Positions 47,513 to 63,785 of a DNA stretch of 64,000 bases are shown here, piece after piece. Under the pieces are notes generated by a model, which was not told the origin of the DNA, made no database searches, and saw only the letters and a list, made by a program, of their open reading frames with translations. Each line of letters opens with the position of its first letter. Position 1 is the stretch's first letter. The position numbers were made by a program, and so were the translations under genes. The DNA lies in the NCBI GenBank assembly GCA_963709345.1, contig CAVPVX010000011.1, forward strand, positions 18,391-82,390. Direction: 5' to 3'. The DNA is from an uncultured Actinomycetes bacterium (lineage in GTDB: Bacteria > Actinomycetota > Thermoleophilia > UBA2241).

Positions 47513-49677
47513 GAACCCTGCTGGTCGAGATCGGCTGCGAGGAGCTCCCGTACAAGGTCTGCGAATCGGTGATCCGGCAGCTCGACGACAAGCCGGACAC
47601 GCCGGGGCTGGCGCGCGTGCTCCTCGAGGAGGAGCGCCTGCTCGAGGCCGGCGCCACGGTCCGCGCCCTCGTCTCGCCGCGGCGCATCGCCGTGCTCGTC
47701 GAGGGCGTCCCCGAGCGGCAGACCGCGAAGACCGACGACTACCGCGGCCCCAAGGCCGAGTTCGCCTACGACGCCGACGGCGGCCTGACCAGGGCCGGGC
47801 TGGGGTTCGCGCGTTCGCGCGGCGCCCAGCCCGAAGACGTGCGCCGTGAGGTCGTCGACGGCACGGAGTTCGCCGTCGTCCGCGTCGAGTCGGAGCGACG
47901 GGCGGCCGGCGAGGTCCTCCCGGGGGTCGTCTCACGGCTCGTGACGGGCCTGCAGATCCCGCGCGGCATGCGCTGGGGCGCGCGGCCGGTCGACGAGGCC
48001 GACCACCTGCGCTTCTCGCGGCCCATCCGCTGGCTTGTGTGCAAGCTCGGCGACGCCACACTGAGCGGGGAGTTCTACGGCCTCCCGCTCGGCGACGCCT
48101 CCCGCGGGCACCGCGTGCTCGGCGGCCCGGTCGCCGTGACGACCGCCGACCGCTACGAGGAGCTGCTCGCCGCGCAGAAGGTCATCGTCTCGCAGGCCGA
48201 GCGCCGACGTCTCATCGTCGAAGGGCTCGACGCCGGCGCTGCGGAGTCGGGCGGCGAGTGGTCCGATCCCGGCGGGGTGCTCCCGGAGACCGTCTATCTT
48301 GCCGAGTGGCCGAGCGTCGCGCGCGGCGGGTTCGCCGAGCGGCACCTGCGTCTGCCCGTCGAGGTGCTGGTCACGGCCATGCAGAGCCACCAGCGCTACT
48401 TCCCGGTGCGCGACGCCGGCGGCAAGCTGCTGCCCGCCTTCCTCTACGTCTCCAATGGCGACCCGGCCGCGGCGGAACTGGTCACCCGCGGCAACGAGCG
48501 CGTGCTCGACGGCCGCCTCGACGACGCCGAGTTCGCCTACGACCGCGACATCGCCGAGGGCCTCGACACCATGGCCGACAGGCTGGGCAGCGTCGTGTTC
48601 CACGAGAAGCTCGGTTCGCTGGCCGACAAGGCGCAGCGGCTTGGAGGCCTCGTCGCGGGCCTTGCCGCCGCGCCCGGCGTGTCCACGGCCGCCGGCGACA
48701 ACGGCTCGGCGGCGCCCCTCGGCGAGGCGGTCCGGCTCGCCGCCCGCCTCGCCAAGGCGGATCTGGTGAGCCAGGTCGTCATCGAGTTCCCCGTCCTGCA
48801 GGGCGTCATGGGTGGTCTGTACGCGGAGGCCGGCGGCCTCGGCGCGGGGGTCGCCCGGGCCGTGGGCGAGCACTACCGGCCGCTGTCCGCGACGGCGCCG
48901 CTTCCGGACACCGTCGCCGGCGCGCTGCTGGCGACCGCCGACAAAGCCGACAATATCGTCGGCGCCTGGGTGGCGGGCCAGAAGCCCTCCGGCTCCCGCG
49001 ACCCTTATGGGCTTCGCCGGGCCGCGATGGGCATCGTGCGCGTCGCGCTGGAGTACGGCCTGCGCTTCTCCCTCACGGGTCTGCTGACGTCCGCCGTCGA
49101 CCAGTTCGAGCTCCAGGGCATCGAAGGCCTCGACGACACGCGCCGCGCGGCGATCGTCGCCGAGACGGCTGCGTTCGTTCGCGAGCGCCTGCAGGCGCTG
49201 TTGCTCGACGAGGGATTGTCCTTCCCGAGTGTGGAGGCGGCGCTGGGCTCGTCGGCCGGCGACCTCCCGGCGCTGGCGGCGCGAGCCCGTACCTTTGCCG
49301 CGATGGCCGGGCGAGACCACTTCGAGGACGCGGTCACCGCCTTCAACCGCTGCGCCGCGCTGGCCGCGAAGGACCCCGAGGCCGGATCGCGCCACGTCGA
49401 TCCGGCGCTCTTCGCCGACGATGCCGAGCGGGAGCTCGCGACCGCGTGCGACGCCGCACGCGGTCCGCTGCTCGACGCGCTCGACCACCTCGAGCTGGAG
49501 AGCGCCATCGCCGCCGCCGCCGCCCTGCGGCCGGCAGTCGACCGGTACTTCGACGCCGTCCTCGTCATGGACCCCGACGACGCCGTGCGCGCCAACCGAC
49601 TGGCGCAGCTCGCCGCCGTCACCGGCCTGATCGGCCGCATCGGGGAGTTCAGCCGCCTGCCTCTCACGCAGGCGTGA
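47509..49677 (+). CDS. glyS: glycine--tRNA ligase beta subunit
   Basis: TTG start overlapping the glyQ stop (cTTGAg). [12 protein letters not shown]-terminus. The upstream part of the 47101 ORF was discounted. Confidence 0.9.
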   Translation: MRTLLVEIGCEELPYKVCESVIRQLDDKPDTPGLARVLLEEERLLEAGATVRALVSPRRIAVLVEGVPERQTAKTDDYRGPKAEFAYDADGGLTRAGLGFARSRGAQPEDVRREVVDGTEFAVVRVESERRAAGEVLPGVVSRLVTGLQIPRGMRWGARPVDEADHLRFSRPIRWLVCKLGDATLSGEFYGLPLGDASRGHRVLGGPVAVTTADRYEELLAAQKVIVSQAERRRLIVEGLDAGAAESGGEWSDPGGVLPETVYLAEWPSVARGGFAERHLRLPVEVLVTAMQSHQRYFPVRDAGGKLLPAFLYVSNGDPAAAELVTRGNERVLDGRLDDAEFAYDRDIAEGLDTMADRLGSVVFHEKLGSLADKAQRLGGLVAGLAAAPGVSTAAGDNGSAAPLGEAVRLAARLAKADLVSQVVIEFPVLQGVMGGLYAEAGGLGAGVARAVGEHYRPLSATAPLPDTVAGALLATADKADNIVGAWVAGQKPSGSRDPYGLRRAAMGIVRVALEYGLRFSLTGLLTSAVDQFELQGIEGLDDTRRAAIVAETAAFVRERLQALLLDEGLSFPSVEAALGSSAGDLPALAARARTFAAMAGRDHFEDAVTAFNRCAALAAKDPEAGSRHVDPALFADDAERELATACDAARGPLLDALDHLELESAIAAAAALRPAVDRYFDAVLVMDPDDAVRANRLAQLAAVTGLIGRIGEFSRLPLTQA

Positions 49678-49752
49678 ACCACACCACTTCACAGAGTACG
49701 TTCCAGGCGCCCGCCGCGACACGACGGATCAAGATCCCAGGGGGAGGCACCA

Positions 49753-52476
<2,724 letters not shown>

Positions 52477-52493
52477 CGGGACGCGAAGCACCG

Positions 52494-52528
52494 ACCACCG
52501 GCGCCGGCCCGGGCTTGCCGAAGGGTGG
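52494..52528 (+). terminator. hairpin downstream of ppdK
   Basis: ccggcccgggc / gcccgggccgg 11 bp stem, 13 nt loop. Confidence 0.4.
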
Positions 52529-52575
52529 CCCGGGCCGGAGTGCCGCGCCCGCCGGTCGAGGGGGGAGGTCGCTCG

Positions 52576-53133
52576 GTGGCAAGACTCGGACGTGAGATCG
52601 TGACGACGCTCGCCGGCGGGCGCGCGCTGAGCGTGCGTGACGCACGCACGAGGGACGCGCGCGCCGTCACCCGTCTGCTCGACGCGGTCGCCCGCGAGCC
52701 GGAGGTCACGCTGCTGCTGCTCCCCGGCGAGACGAAGGCCGGGGACTGGCGACGTCGCATCGCTGACGCCGCGGAGGCCGCGCGCGGGCTGTTTCTGCTC
52801 GCCGAGCTCGACGGCGAGATCTCCGGTACTCTGGGCTTGTGGCCGGACGCCCACCCGGCCTCGGCGCACGTCGCCTGGGTCGGCATGTCGGTGGCCGCGG
52901 ACCGCCGCGGCGTTGGAATCGGCGGCGCACTGCTCGAGGCGGCGCTCGCCTGGGCGGCCGGCCACGAGTTCACGCGCGCCGCGCTCGGCGTCTTCCCGGA
53001 CAACCCCCGCGCGATCGGCTTCTACGAGCGACACGGCTTCGTGCGCGAGGGCCTCCGGCGCGCGCAGTACCGCCGCGGCGACGAGTATCATGACGAAGTG
53101 CTCATGGCCCGAAATCTCACGCCGACCTCCTGA
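52576..53133 (+). CDS. GNAT-family N-acetyltransferase
   Basis: GTG after GGGGGAGG. RRGVGIGGALLEAALAWA acetyl-CoA binding motif. Confidence 0.75.
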   Translation: MARLGREIVTTLAGGRALSVRDARTRDARAVTRLLDAVAREPEVTLLLLPGETKAGDWRRRIADAAEAARGLFLLAELDGEISGTLGLWPDAHPASAHVAWVGMSVAADRRGVGIGGALLEAALAWAAGHEFTRAALGVFPDNPRAIGFYERHGFVREGLRRAQYRRGDEYHDEVLMARNLTPTS

Positions 53134-53140
53134 GGTGGCC

Positions 53141-53590
53141 GTGGATCGCCGACACCTCCTCACCATCGCGCCCACGGTGGCCGCCGTCGCGCTGGCCGTG
53201 CTGCCCGCCGTCGTCGTCTTCGGCTTCGGCTGGCTGTCGCCGGCCGGTTCGCCCTCGGCGGGTTCCGTCACCGATCGCGCGCCCGAGGCCTGGGTCCTCT
53301 TCGCGCTCTTCTACCTCATGTGGATGGGCGGGCTCATGGCGCTGCTGATCGTCGCCAACGACCGGCTCGGCCGCCACTGGCGCAGCTGGGACCGCCATCC
53401 GCGACCCGAGAAGAGGCAGCGCCGCCGCCTCGCCGCCGGCATGAGGTACCTCGAGGGTCAGCAACGGGCTCGCGCCGCGGAGGCGCGGGGTGGACGGCCG
53501 CGCGCCGCGCGGGCTCACGACGCGGATCCGCGCGCCGCCTCGTCCACCGGGCCGGACGGCCGGCCTCCGCGCGACGAGGATGACGGCTGA
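53141..53590 (+). CDS. hypothetical membrane protein with an Arg-rich C-terminus
   Basis: GTG after GAGGTGG. Two hydrophobic helices. Its stop overlaps the dnaG ATG. Confidence 0.4.
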   Translation: MDRRHLLTIAPTVAAVALAVLPAVVVFGFGWLSPAGSPSAGSVTDRAPEAWVLFALFYLMWMGGLMALLIVANDRLGRHWRSWDRHPRPEKRQRRRLAAGMRYLEGQQRARAAEARGGRPRAARAHDADPRAASSTGPDGRPPRDEDDG

Positions 53591-55427
53591 TGCCGCGGAT
53601 CGCCCAATCGAGCGTCGACCAGGTGGTGGCCACCGCCGACATGGTCGAGGTCGTCGGCCAGTACACCGAGTTGCGCAAGGCCGGCGCCAACTTCAGCGGC
53701 CGATGCCCCTTCCACGACGAGCGCACGCCGTCGTTCTCCGTCAACCCCGGCGAGAAGCTCTACTACTGCTTCGGCTGCGGCGCCGGCGGCAACCTCATCG
53801 GCTTCGTCATGGCCAAGGAGAGCCTCGACTTCCCGGCCGCCGTCGAGTACCTGGCGGACAAGTACGGCATCCAACTCGAGTACGAGGAGTCCACGGCTCG
53901 CGGCGACGCGGAGCGCCGCCGCCGCGAGCGCCTGCGGGCGCTCCTCGAGCAGGCGACCGCCTACTATGAGCGCGTGTACCACGACGCGCAGGCGGCCGCG
54001 CCGGCCCGCGAGTACCTCGAGCGGCGCGGCCTCGGCGACGAGGTCTGCCGGACCTTCCGCCTGGGCTACAGCTTGCCCGGCTGGGACAAGCTGCGCGATG
54101 CTGCGCGCGGCAAGGGCTTCAGCGAGCAGGACCTGCTCGACGCCGGCCTCGTCATTCCCGGCAAGAGCGGCCGCCCGTACGACCGCTTCCGCGGCCGCAT
54201 CATGTTCCCCCTCGCCGACGAGCGCGGGCGCACCCTGGGCTTCGGTGCGCGCACGCTCGGCGACGAGAAGCCCAAGTACCTGAACTCGCCGGAGACGCCC
54301 TTGTACCACAAGAGCGAGGCGCTGTTCGGCCTCGACAAGGCGAAGACGGCGGCCGCCCAGGAGGATCGCGTCTACGTCGTCGAGGGCTACACGGACGTCA
54401 TGGCTCTCGCGCAGGCCGGCATCGCCAACGTCGTCGCGAGCATGGGCACGGCCCTGACCGAGCAACAACTCGGCCGTCTGTCGCGCCTGACGAAGAACCT
54501 CTACCTGTGCTTCGATGCCGACGCTGCCGGCATCGGCGCCATGCAGCGTGCCCTCACGCTCGGCCGCCGCATGGAACTGTCGCTGCACGTCGTGCGCATC
54601 CCCGACGGCCTCGACCCGGCCGACTACGTGCTCTCGGGCGCCGGCGGCGACGGTTTCCGCGCGCTTGCCGAGAGCGCCCAATCGCTGCTACAATTTCATG
54701 TCCGCTTGGCGCTCGCTACTCACGACCTCGACAAGCCCGACGGACGGGCTCGCGCAGTGGCGCGACTCAGGGAGGTCCTCTCGGAGGCAGCGACGCCGAT
54801 GGAGCGCGACGACGAGTTGCGATACGTCGCCGATCGCCTGCGACTCTCGGACGAGAGCGTGCGCTACATGCTCGCCGGCAGCGGACGACCCACGAGTGGA
54901 GCCGCCGCGAGTGAGCACGCCGCGCAGGCGGCCGGTCCTGCGCCCCACGCTCTGGGTGGCGTTCACGAGCTCGAGGTCCGTTTTCTGGCGGGGTGCCTGG
55001 CGCAGCCGGATGCCGGACGCGAGACGCTCGCCGGCGTGGACGAAGGCTTCTTCGCCACTGCCGAGACGCGCGCCGCGTTCCGCCGCGTCAAGCAACGATT
55101 GGCGGCCGAAACGGCAGGGAATACCCTGCAAACGACGGCTGAGGCCGGCGGTTCGGACGGAGACGGAGACGAGGCGTTCGCGGAGGCCGTCGTGCGTGCC
55201 GGACGCGAGCGCTTCACGGCGGCTGTCGTCGAGGAGTTGTTCCTGCGCCTTCAGGAGGCACAGGTGAGCCGCATCATCGCGCGGCTCAAGGTGGTCATGC
55301 GGACTGACGAGAGTGGGAAGCAGAGCGCGGAGCTTGCGCGCTTCACGGCGGCGCGACGGACGTTGCGGGACGCACTGCGCGCGCTCCCGGTGGACGAAGA
55401 GCCCGAGGAAGGACCAGGACGACACAC

Positions 55428-55431
<4 letters not shown>
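53590..55431 (+). CDS. dnaG: DNA primase
   Basis: CHC2 zinc finger ([13 protein letters not shown] ... YCFGCGAGG) and TOPRIM (EGYTDVMAL). Confidence 0.9.
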
Positions 55432-56546
<1,115 letters not shown>

Positions 56547-56578
56547 GAGAATCGGACCAAGGAGCACTGAACAAGTAC

Positions 56579-57697
<1,119 letters not shown>

Positions 57698-57732
57698 GCA
57701 GGGGCCGGCGCCGCCGGCGCTCAGGAGGCGAC

Positions 57733-59182
57733 ATGCAGGAGACGCGGGTGCTGCTCGTGTTCCCCGGCTCGCTGTACGGCGGCCCGTGGGCCGACGGGCC
57801 GCGGGTCAAGCCCGAGCTCGTGCAGCTCTTCACCGAGGTACGCCGGGCCGGCTTCTCCGCCGGCGTGCTCGATCTCGAGACGGAGCTCGGCAACCCGGCT
57901 GACGAGGCGGCGCGGGAGTCCTTTCTCCAGCTGGCCGGCGGATTGCTCGCGGAGCGCCGCGCCGACCTCGTTGTGATCTCGTGCTGGTCCGCCCTGCAGT
58001 ACACCGCCGCGGTGGCGGTGGCCGGGCGCGTGCGCGAGCATCACCCCGACGCGGTGATCGCCGTCGAGGGCCACCACGTCTCGGTGCGCCCCGACGACTT
58101 CAACGACCCGGGCGCGCCCTTCGACTGGCTCGTCGCCGGCGAGGCGGAGAGCGCCGTCGTCACGATCGCCCGCGCGGTCGCCGCCGGAGAGCGCGAGACC
58201 GGCGCCTGCCACTCGCTGGAGGGCACGCTGCTGCCGCTCGACGCCGCGCACCTGCCCGACTACGCGGCGTACCCGTATGCGGACGAGGGGCTACCGGAGC
58301 TCGGCCTTTTCCTCAGCCGCGGCTGCCCTTACAACGCGCCGGCGTGTCTGCTGCGCCCCGGGGGCGGCGGGTGGCACGCCTACCCGCCGGACGTGGCCGT
58401 GCGGGCTATTGCCCGCGTCGCCGCGCTCCGCCCGGCGCGCATCCTCGTCCTGGACCCGGCCTTCGGGTACGAGGCCGGCTGGCGCCGGGCCGTGCTCGAG
58501 CGCCTGGCGGCGGCCGATCGGCGCGACCTCGCGATCGGCATCGCCGGCCGCCCGGACGCGCTGGCGCGCCTCGACGTCGACAAGATCTACGCGGCGCGCC
58601 TCGGCCTGCGGCTCGAGGTGGGGGCGCTCTCGCGCCGCCTGCTCTCGCGAACGGGGCAGGCCCCGAACGCCGAGAAGGCCGTCGCGCACACGCTGGACCT
58701 GCTCGAGTATCTGAACGCCAAAGGCGTGGTGACCGTCGCAGGGTTCACCTTCAACCAGCCCGGCGAGACGCGTGAGACGGCGGAGGAGACGCTCGACGCT
58801 CTTGAGCGCTTCGTCGCCGGCGTACCGAACACCTCGGTGAGCCTGCAGGCGCAGCCGTGGGCCTTTCTGCCAGCCGGGGAGGAGGACGCCGACGTGGAGG
58901 CGCCGGCTTCGCGGTACGGCACGCGGATCGAGCATGCGGAGTGGTGGAAGGAGCGCCGGGACTCGGTACGCGGCCGCGACGGCCGTGGTCGCCGGCCACG
59001 AGCTGGCCGGTCTGGCGCCCGGCGACGAGAGCTACTGGCGGCCGCGGTTCGAGGAGCTTCGTGAGCGGCTCGCGGCCAAGCTCACAGCCGACGCCCGCCG
59101 TGGCCTGCGCAGTCACGAGACCGTCGGGTCGGAGGCGTACGGGGTGCCGCATGGCTGGCTGCTGGAGCCTCGCTGGCACTGA
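57733..59182 (+). CDS. B12-binding-domain protein related to radical SAM enzymes but with a degenerate CX6C motif; apparent frameshift near 58960-58970
   Basis: ATG after AGGAGG. N-terminal B12-binding-like domain. [13 protein letters not shown] replaces CxxxCxxC. The C-terminus continues in the ORF 58934..59182 frame. Confidence 0.55.
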
Positions 59183-59236
59183 CCCGTTCGCCTGCTCCGC
59201 CGGCGTACCGCGAGCGTACCGCCCGCCTCGCGCGTG

Positions 59237-59266
59237 TTTGTCCGGCCGTCGCGAATCGCCTATACT
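59237..59266 (+). promoter_or_regulatory. sigma-70-type promoter for the tRNA-Asn gene
   Basis: TTTGTC -35, 17-18 nt spacer, TATACT -10. About 15 nt before the tRNA 5' end. Confidence 0.4.
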
Positions 59267-59282
59267 CTGCCGGCCGGAGCGG

Positions 59283-59357
<75 letters not shown>

Positions 59358-59367
59358 AGTCATCAGC

Positions 59368-59399
59368 GGGGCGCCGCGGCCTACGGGCCGCGGCGCCCC
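59368..59399 (+). terminator. perfect 14 bp hairpin after the tRNA-Asn gene
   Basis: ggggcgccgcggcc-tacg-ggccgcggcgcccc followed by ttctgcctt. Confidence 0.5.
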
Positions 59400-59421
59400 T
59401 TCTGCCTTGGGGGTAGAGGGC

Positions 59422-59979
59422 ATGTCGGGCGGTCTCTTTGTTGCGATCCTCGTGCTCCTCGGGATGATGGCCGTGATCTTCGCGGCGGTCGTGCTCCTGA
59501 CCCGGCGGCTCGGATCCGGGGCCGAGCGACGCGCCGACGAGCTGCGCGACGAGGTCGAGCGACTCGGCGAGGCGTGGTCGATCCCCCTCGAGGGAGCCAC
59601 CTACTACGGAGCCACTCACTCCGGCGCCGGCAACGAAGGCGCCACCCACACCTACAGCCGCGTCAAGGGCAACGGCGTGTTGGGGCTGACCGGGCGGCGA
59701 GTCGTGTTCGCTCCCATCTCCGGTGAGCGACTCAGCGTGCCTCTGGTGCGCGTCTCGGGCGCGCGGCTCAAGGGCTGGCGCCGCAGCGGCGCCGGCGGCC
59801 GGCGCCGTCACCTGGTGCTCGAGCTCGACGACGGCGGCAAGGTGAGCTTTCTGGTCGGCGACCCGGCGGTGTGGATGCGGCGGCTCGCGGAGGCCGGGGT
59901 CGAGGTCCTGGGATTCGACGCCGCCGCGGACGAGCACGATGGTGCGCCGCCGCGTGAGGAAGTGCCGCCGGGAGGCTGA
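59422..59979 (+). CDS. membrane-anchored hypothetical protein
   Basis: ATG after GGGGGTAGAGGG. N-terminal TM helix GLFVAILVLLGMMAVIFAAVVLL. Confidence 0.5.
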   Translation: MSGGLFVAILVLLGMMAVIFAAVVLLTRRLGSGAERRADELRDEVERLGEAWSIPLEGATYYGATHSGAGNEGATHTYSRVKGNGVLGLTGRRVVFAPISGERLSVPLVRVSGARLKGWRRSGAGGRRRHLVLELDDGGKVSFLVGDPAVWMRRLAEAGVEVLGFDAAADEHDGAPPREEVPPGG

Positions 59980-60069
59980 AGGTCTCTGCGCCGGACCTCG
60001 CCTCGGCGACACCTCAAGGGGCAGACGGCGCCGAATGAGACCTCACGCGCCTATGGTACTCTCGGCTCC

Positions 60070-61458
60070 ATGCTCTCCCATTGTTCCGGAACATCGCCCG
60101 CCTCGTCCGTATCCGGCGCACTTCCGACAGGCCCGCTACGTCACCGGCACCGTCTCGCGGGGGCCTTCCGGGCCACGCTCTATATCGCTCTGGCGATTGC
60201 TCCGTTGCTCGTGGCTCTCGTGCCTCCGGCGCCGCCGGGGCGGGACTTCTGGACTGAGTTGGCGGTGGCCATCGGCTTCATCGGGCTCTCCACCATGTGC
60301 CTGCAGTTCGCCGTGTCCGCTCGCTTCCGCCACGTCGCGGCGCCGTTCGGTATCGATGTCGTGATCCAGTTCCACCGGCAGATCGCGATCTTCGCCGCGT
60401 GCCTGGTCGCTGCGCATCCCGTCATTCTGATCATCGCCGACCCCGAGCGACTGGGCTTGCTCAACCCGCTTTCGGCTCCTTGGCGGGCACGTGCCGGTCT
60501 CCTTGGCCTTGTCGCGGCCATCCTCCTGACGGCTCTGGCCCTCGGACGCCGACGGCTGCATCTCCGCTACGGGATCTGGCAAGCCAGCCACGGGGTCTTG
60601 GCGCTGCTCGCCGTTACCGGCACCCTGGTCCACATCGAACTCGTCGGCCACTACGTGGACACACCGTGGAAACGCATCCTCTGGGTCGCCTACACAGCGT
60701 CTGTCATCGCCCTGCTGGTCCACGTGCGCCTCGTGCGGCCGCTGCTGCAGCGGCGACGCCCCTACAAGGTCGTCGCCGTCCATCAGGAAAGGGGCAACGC
60801 CTGGACGCTGGAGCTGAGTCCGCAGGGGCATCCCGGCCTGAGGTTTCTGCCCGGTCAGTTCGCTTGGCTGACCCTGGGCAGCTCGCCGTTCGCCATCGAG
60901 CAACACCCCTTCTCGTTCTCATCGAGCGCGCTCGACCCCGCGCACCTTGCGCAGACCATCAAGGAGCGCGGGGACTTCACGTCCGGCGTCGGCAGTGTGG
61001 AGCTCGGTACCGTCGCCTATCTGGAGGGACCGCACGGCGCCTTCAGCATCGACCGCTACGATGGGCCCGGATACGTGTTCGTCGCCGGCGGCATCGGCAT
61101 CACTCCGATGATGAGCATGCTACGCACGCTTGCCGACCGACACGACGACCGTCACCACGAACTCGTGTACGCTGCTGAGGGCGTCGAGGACCTGACGTTC
61201 CGTGACGAGATCGAACGGCTCACGGAGGTGCTCGACCTGGAGGTCGTCTACGTGCTCTCCCGCCCTCCCGAGGACTGGCAGGGTGAAAGCGGCCGAGTGA
61301 CGAGAGAGCTGCTGAGCCGGCACGTCGTCGACGACTGGCCGCGACACGCCTACTTCGTCTGCGGGCCTGAGCCGATGATGGATGCGGTCGAGCGTGCCCT
61401 CGTTGCCGGCGGTGTACCCCTCGACCAGATCTTCACAGAGCGTTTCGCGTTCGTCTGA
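60070..61458 (+). CDS. ferric reductase-like transmembrane domain fused to an FAD/NAD(P)-binding oxidoreductase domain
   Basis: Six TM helices with conserved His pairs, then FNR-like RFLPGQF, HPFS, GGIGITP motifs. Confidence 0.8.
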   Translation: MLSHCSGTSPASSVSGALPTGPLRHRHRLAGAFRATLYIALAIAPLLVALVPPAPPGRDFWTELAVAIGFIGLSTMCLQFAVSARFRHVAAPFGIDVVIQFHRQIAIFAACLVAAHPVILIIADPERLGLLNPLSAPWRARAGLLGLVAAILLTALALGRRRLHLRYGIWQASHGVLALLAVTGTLVHIELVGHYVDTPWKRILWVAYTASVIALLVHVRLVRPLLQRRRPYKVVAVHQERGNAWTLELSPQGHPGLRFLPGQFAWLTLGSSPFAIEQHPFSFSSSALDPAHLAQTIKERGDFTSGVGSVELGTVAYLEGPHGAFSIDRYDGPGYVFVAGGIGITPMMSMLRTLADRHDDRHHELVYAAEGVEDLTFRDEIERLTEVLDLEVVYVLSRPPEDWQGESGRVTRELLSRHVVDDWPRHAYFVCGPEPMMDAVERALVAGGVPLDQIFTERFAFV

Positions 61459-61473
61459 ACGGACGGAGACCGG

Positions 61474-61566
61474 ATGCGACACAGATATGCCACGCTCTTC
61501 ATGATCGCGACGACGGTTCTCACGTTGCTGGCGGCGGTGCTCTTCGCAGCGCTGCGGAGCATCTGA
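61474..61566 (+). CDS. candidate 30-aa hydrophobic micro-protein (not in the ORF table)
   Basis: ATG 4-5 nt after GGAGA. MRHRYATLFMIATTVLTLLAAVLFAALRSI forms a single TM helix. GC3 about 83%. Confidence 0.3.
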   Translation: MRHRYATLFMIATTVLTLLAAVLFAALRSI

Positions 61567-61793
61567 GCGTCGCAGATGCCGACCGCCGCCTCGTCTTTCT
61601 GCCCATCGGCGGCGACCGCCTGAGCGTGTCGCTCGCGCGCTTCACGGGGGCGCGGGTGGAGGACCGCCGCCGCGCCGCCGCCGCCGCGCAGGATCCGTGG
61701 CTCCTGGGCGGTCGGCGGCACGCTCACCGTCGAGTGGGAGACGTCGAGCGCGAACCCGGTGTGTTCCTGACCACCTGCTCCGGCGTCACGCCC

Positions 61794-62085
61794 TTAGTGC
61801 TCAGCGAGGTACATCTCGTGCGACTCCTCGGCGAACTTGAGCACGCAGTAGGTCGGTGACCACGGCGATGGGACCCCCGCGCCGGTAGCCGGCGTAGCGG
61901 CGCGAGTCGCCGCCCTGGAGCCAGCTGGGCGTCGTGAAGTAGTCGAGCTTCTCGACGTACTCCTCCACGCCGTGCTGCATGAACACGATGTGGCCGCTCG
62001 CCAGCGAACCGGTGTCGCAGCCGCCGCCGCTCCTGACGCTTCGGTCGTGGTGCGGGCGCGTCTCGCGGCCCCCGGCGCCGGTCAT
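61794..62085 (-). CDS. small hypothetical protein with an apparent frameshift in a G5 run
   Basis: ATG 4 nt after the amt-fragment stop. Coding-like GC3 runs MTGAGG ... GHIVFMQHGVEEYVEKLDYFTTPSWLQGGDSRRYAGY, then shifts at gcgggggtc to PSPWSPTYCVLKFAEESHEMYLAEH*. Family not recognised. Confidence 0.35.
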
Positions 62086-62089
62086 CCGC

Positions 62090-62506
62090 TCAGTCAAACG
62101 CGTACGCAGTTTCCCCGTGCAGCGCGCCGTCAAGGCCCTTGTCCTGGATCTCGTCGGGTACCCGTACCGGCTGGAAGTGGTTGATCGTCTTGAGGATCAG
62201 CCAGGTGACGACGAACGCGTAGGCGCCGACGATGAGTACCGACGGGACCTGTACGCCGAAAACGCTTGGGTTGCCGCGGAGAAGACCATCGGCGCCCGCG
62301 GCGTTGATGGCCGTGCTCGCGAACACGCCGAGCAGGATCGAGCCCATGATGCCGCCAACGCCGTGGGCGGCCCACACGTCAAGAGCGTCGTCCCAGTTCG
62401 TGAAGGTCTTGAGCCTGACCGACGCCGGCGTGGATGTACACGGGAGCGGTAGCGACGCCGGCACTTGAACGGGCGGGGTCGCTCCCTTTCGACCCCGCCC
62501 GTTCAA
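62090..62506 (-). pseudogene. chimeric ORF carrying a duplicated copy of the last ~100 codons of amt
   Basis: FTNWDDALDVWAAHGVGGIMGSILLGVFASTAINAAGADGLLRGN ... AYAFD matches the amt C-terminus. Preceded by 38 unrelated codons that run into the amt terminator hairpin. Confidence 0.6.
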
Positions 62507-62510
62507 GTGC
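62463..62510 (-). terminator. perfect 20 bp inverted-repeat hairpin ~50 nt downstream of amt
   Basis: cacttgaacgggcggggtcg-ctcccttt-cgaccccgcccgttcaagtg. Confidence 0.5.
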
Positions 62511-62555
62511 GGCTGCTGAGCGCCGGCCGCGTCTCGCGGCCGGCGCCCAGCCTGC

Positions 62556-63785
<1,230 letters not shown>

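Noticed and set aside
61801-62133. The listed 110-aa ORF 61801..62133 as the true reading frame of the small gene
   Set aside because: Its last 25 codons have low GC3. The +1 frame has coding-like GC3 and ends at a TAA at 61794, so the gene is better explained with a G-run frameshift.
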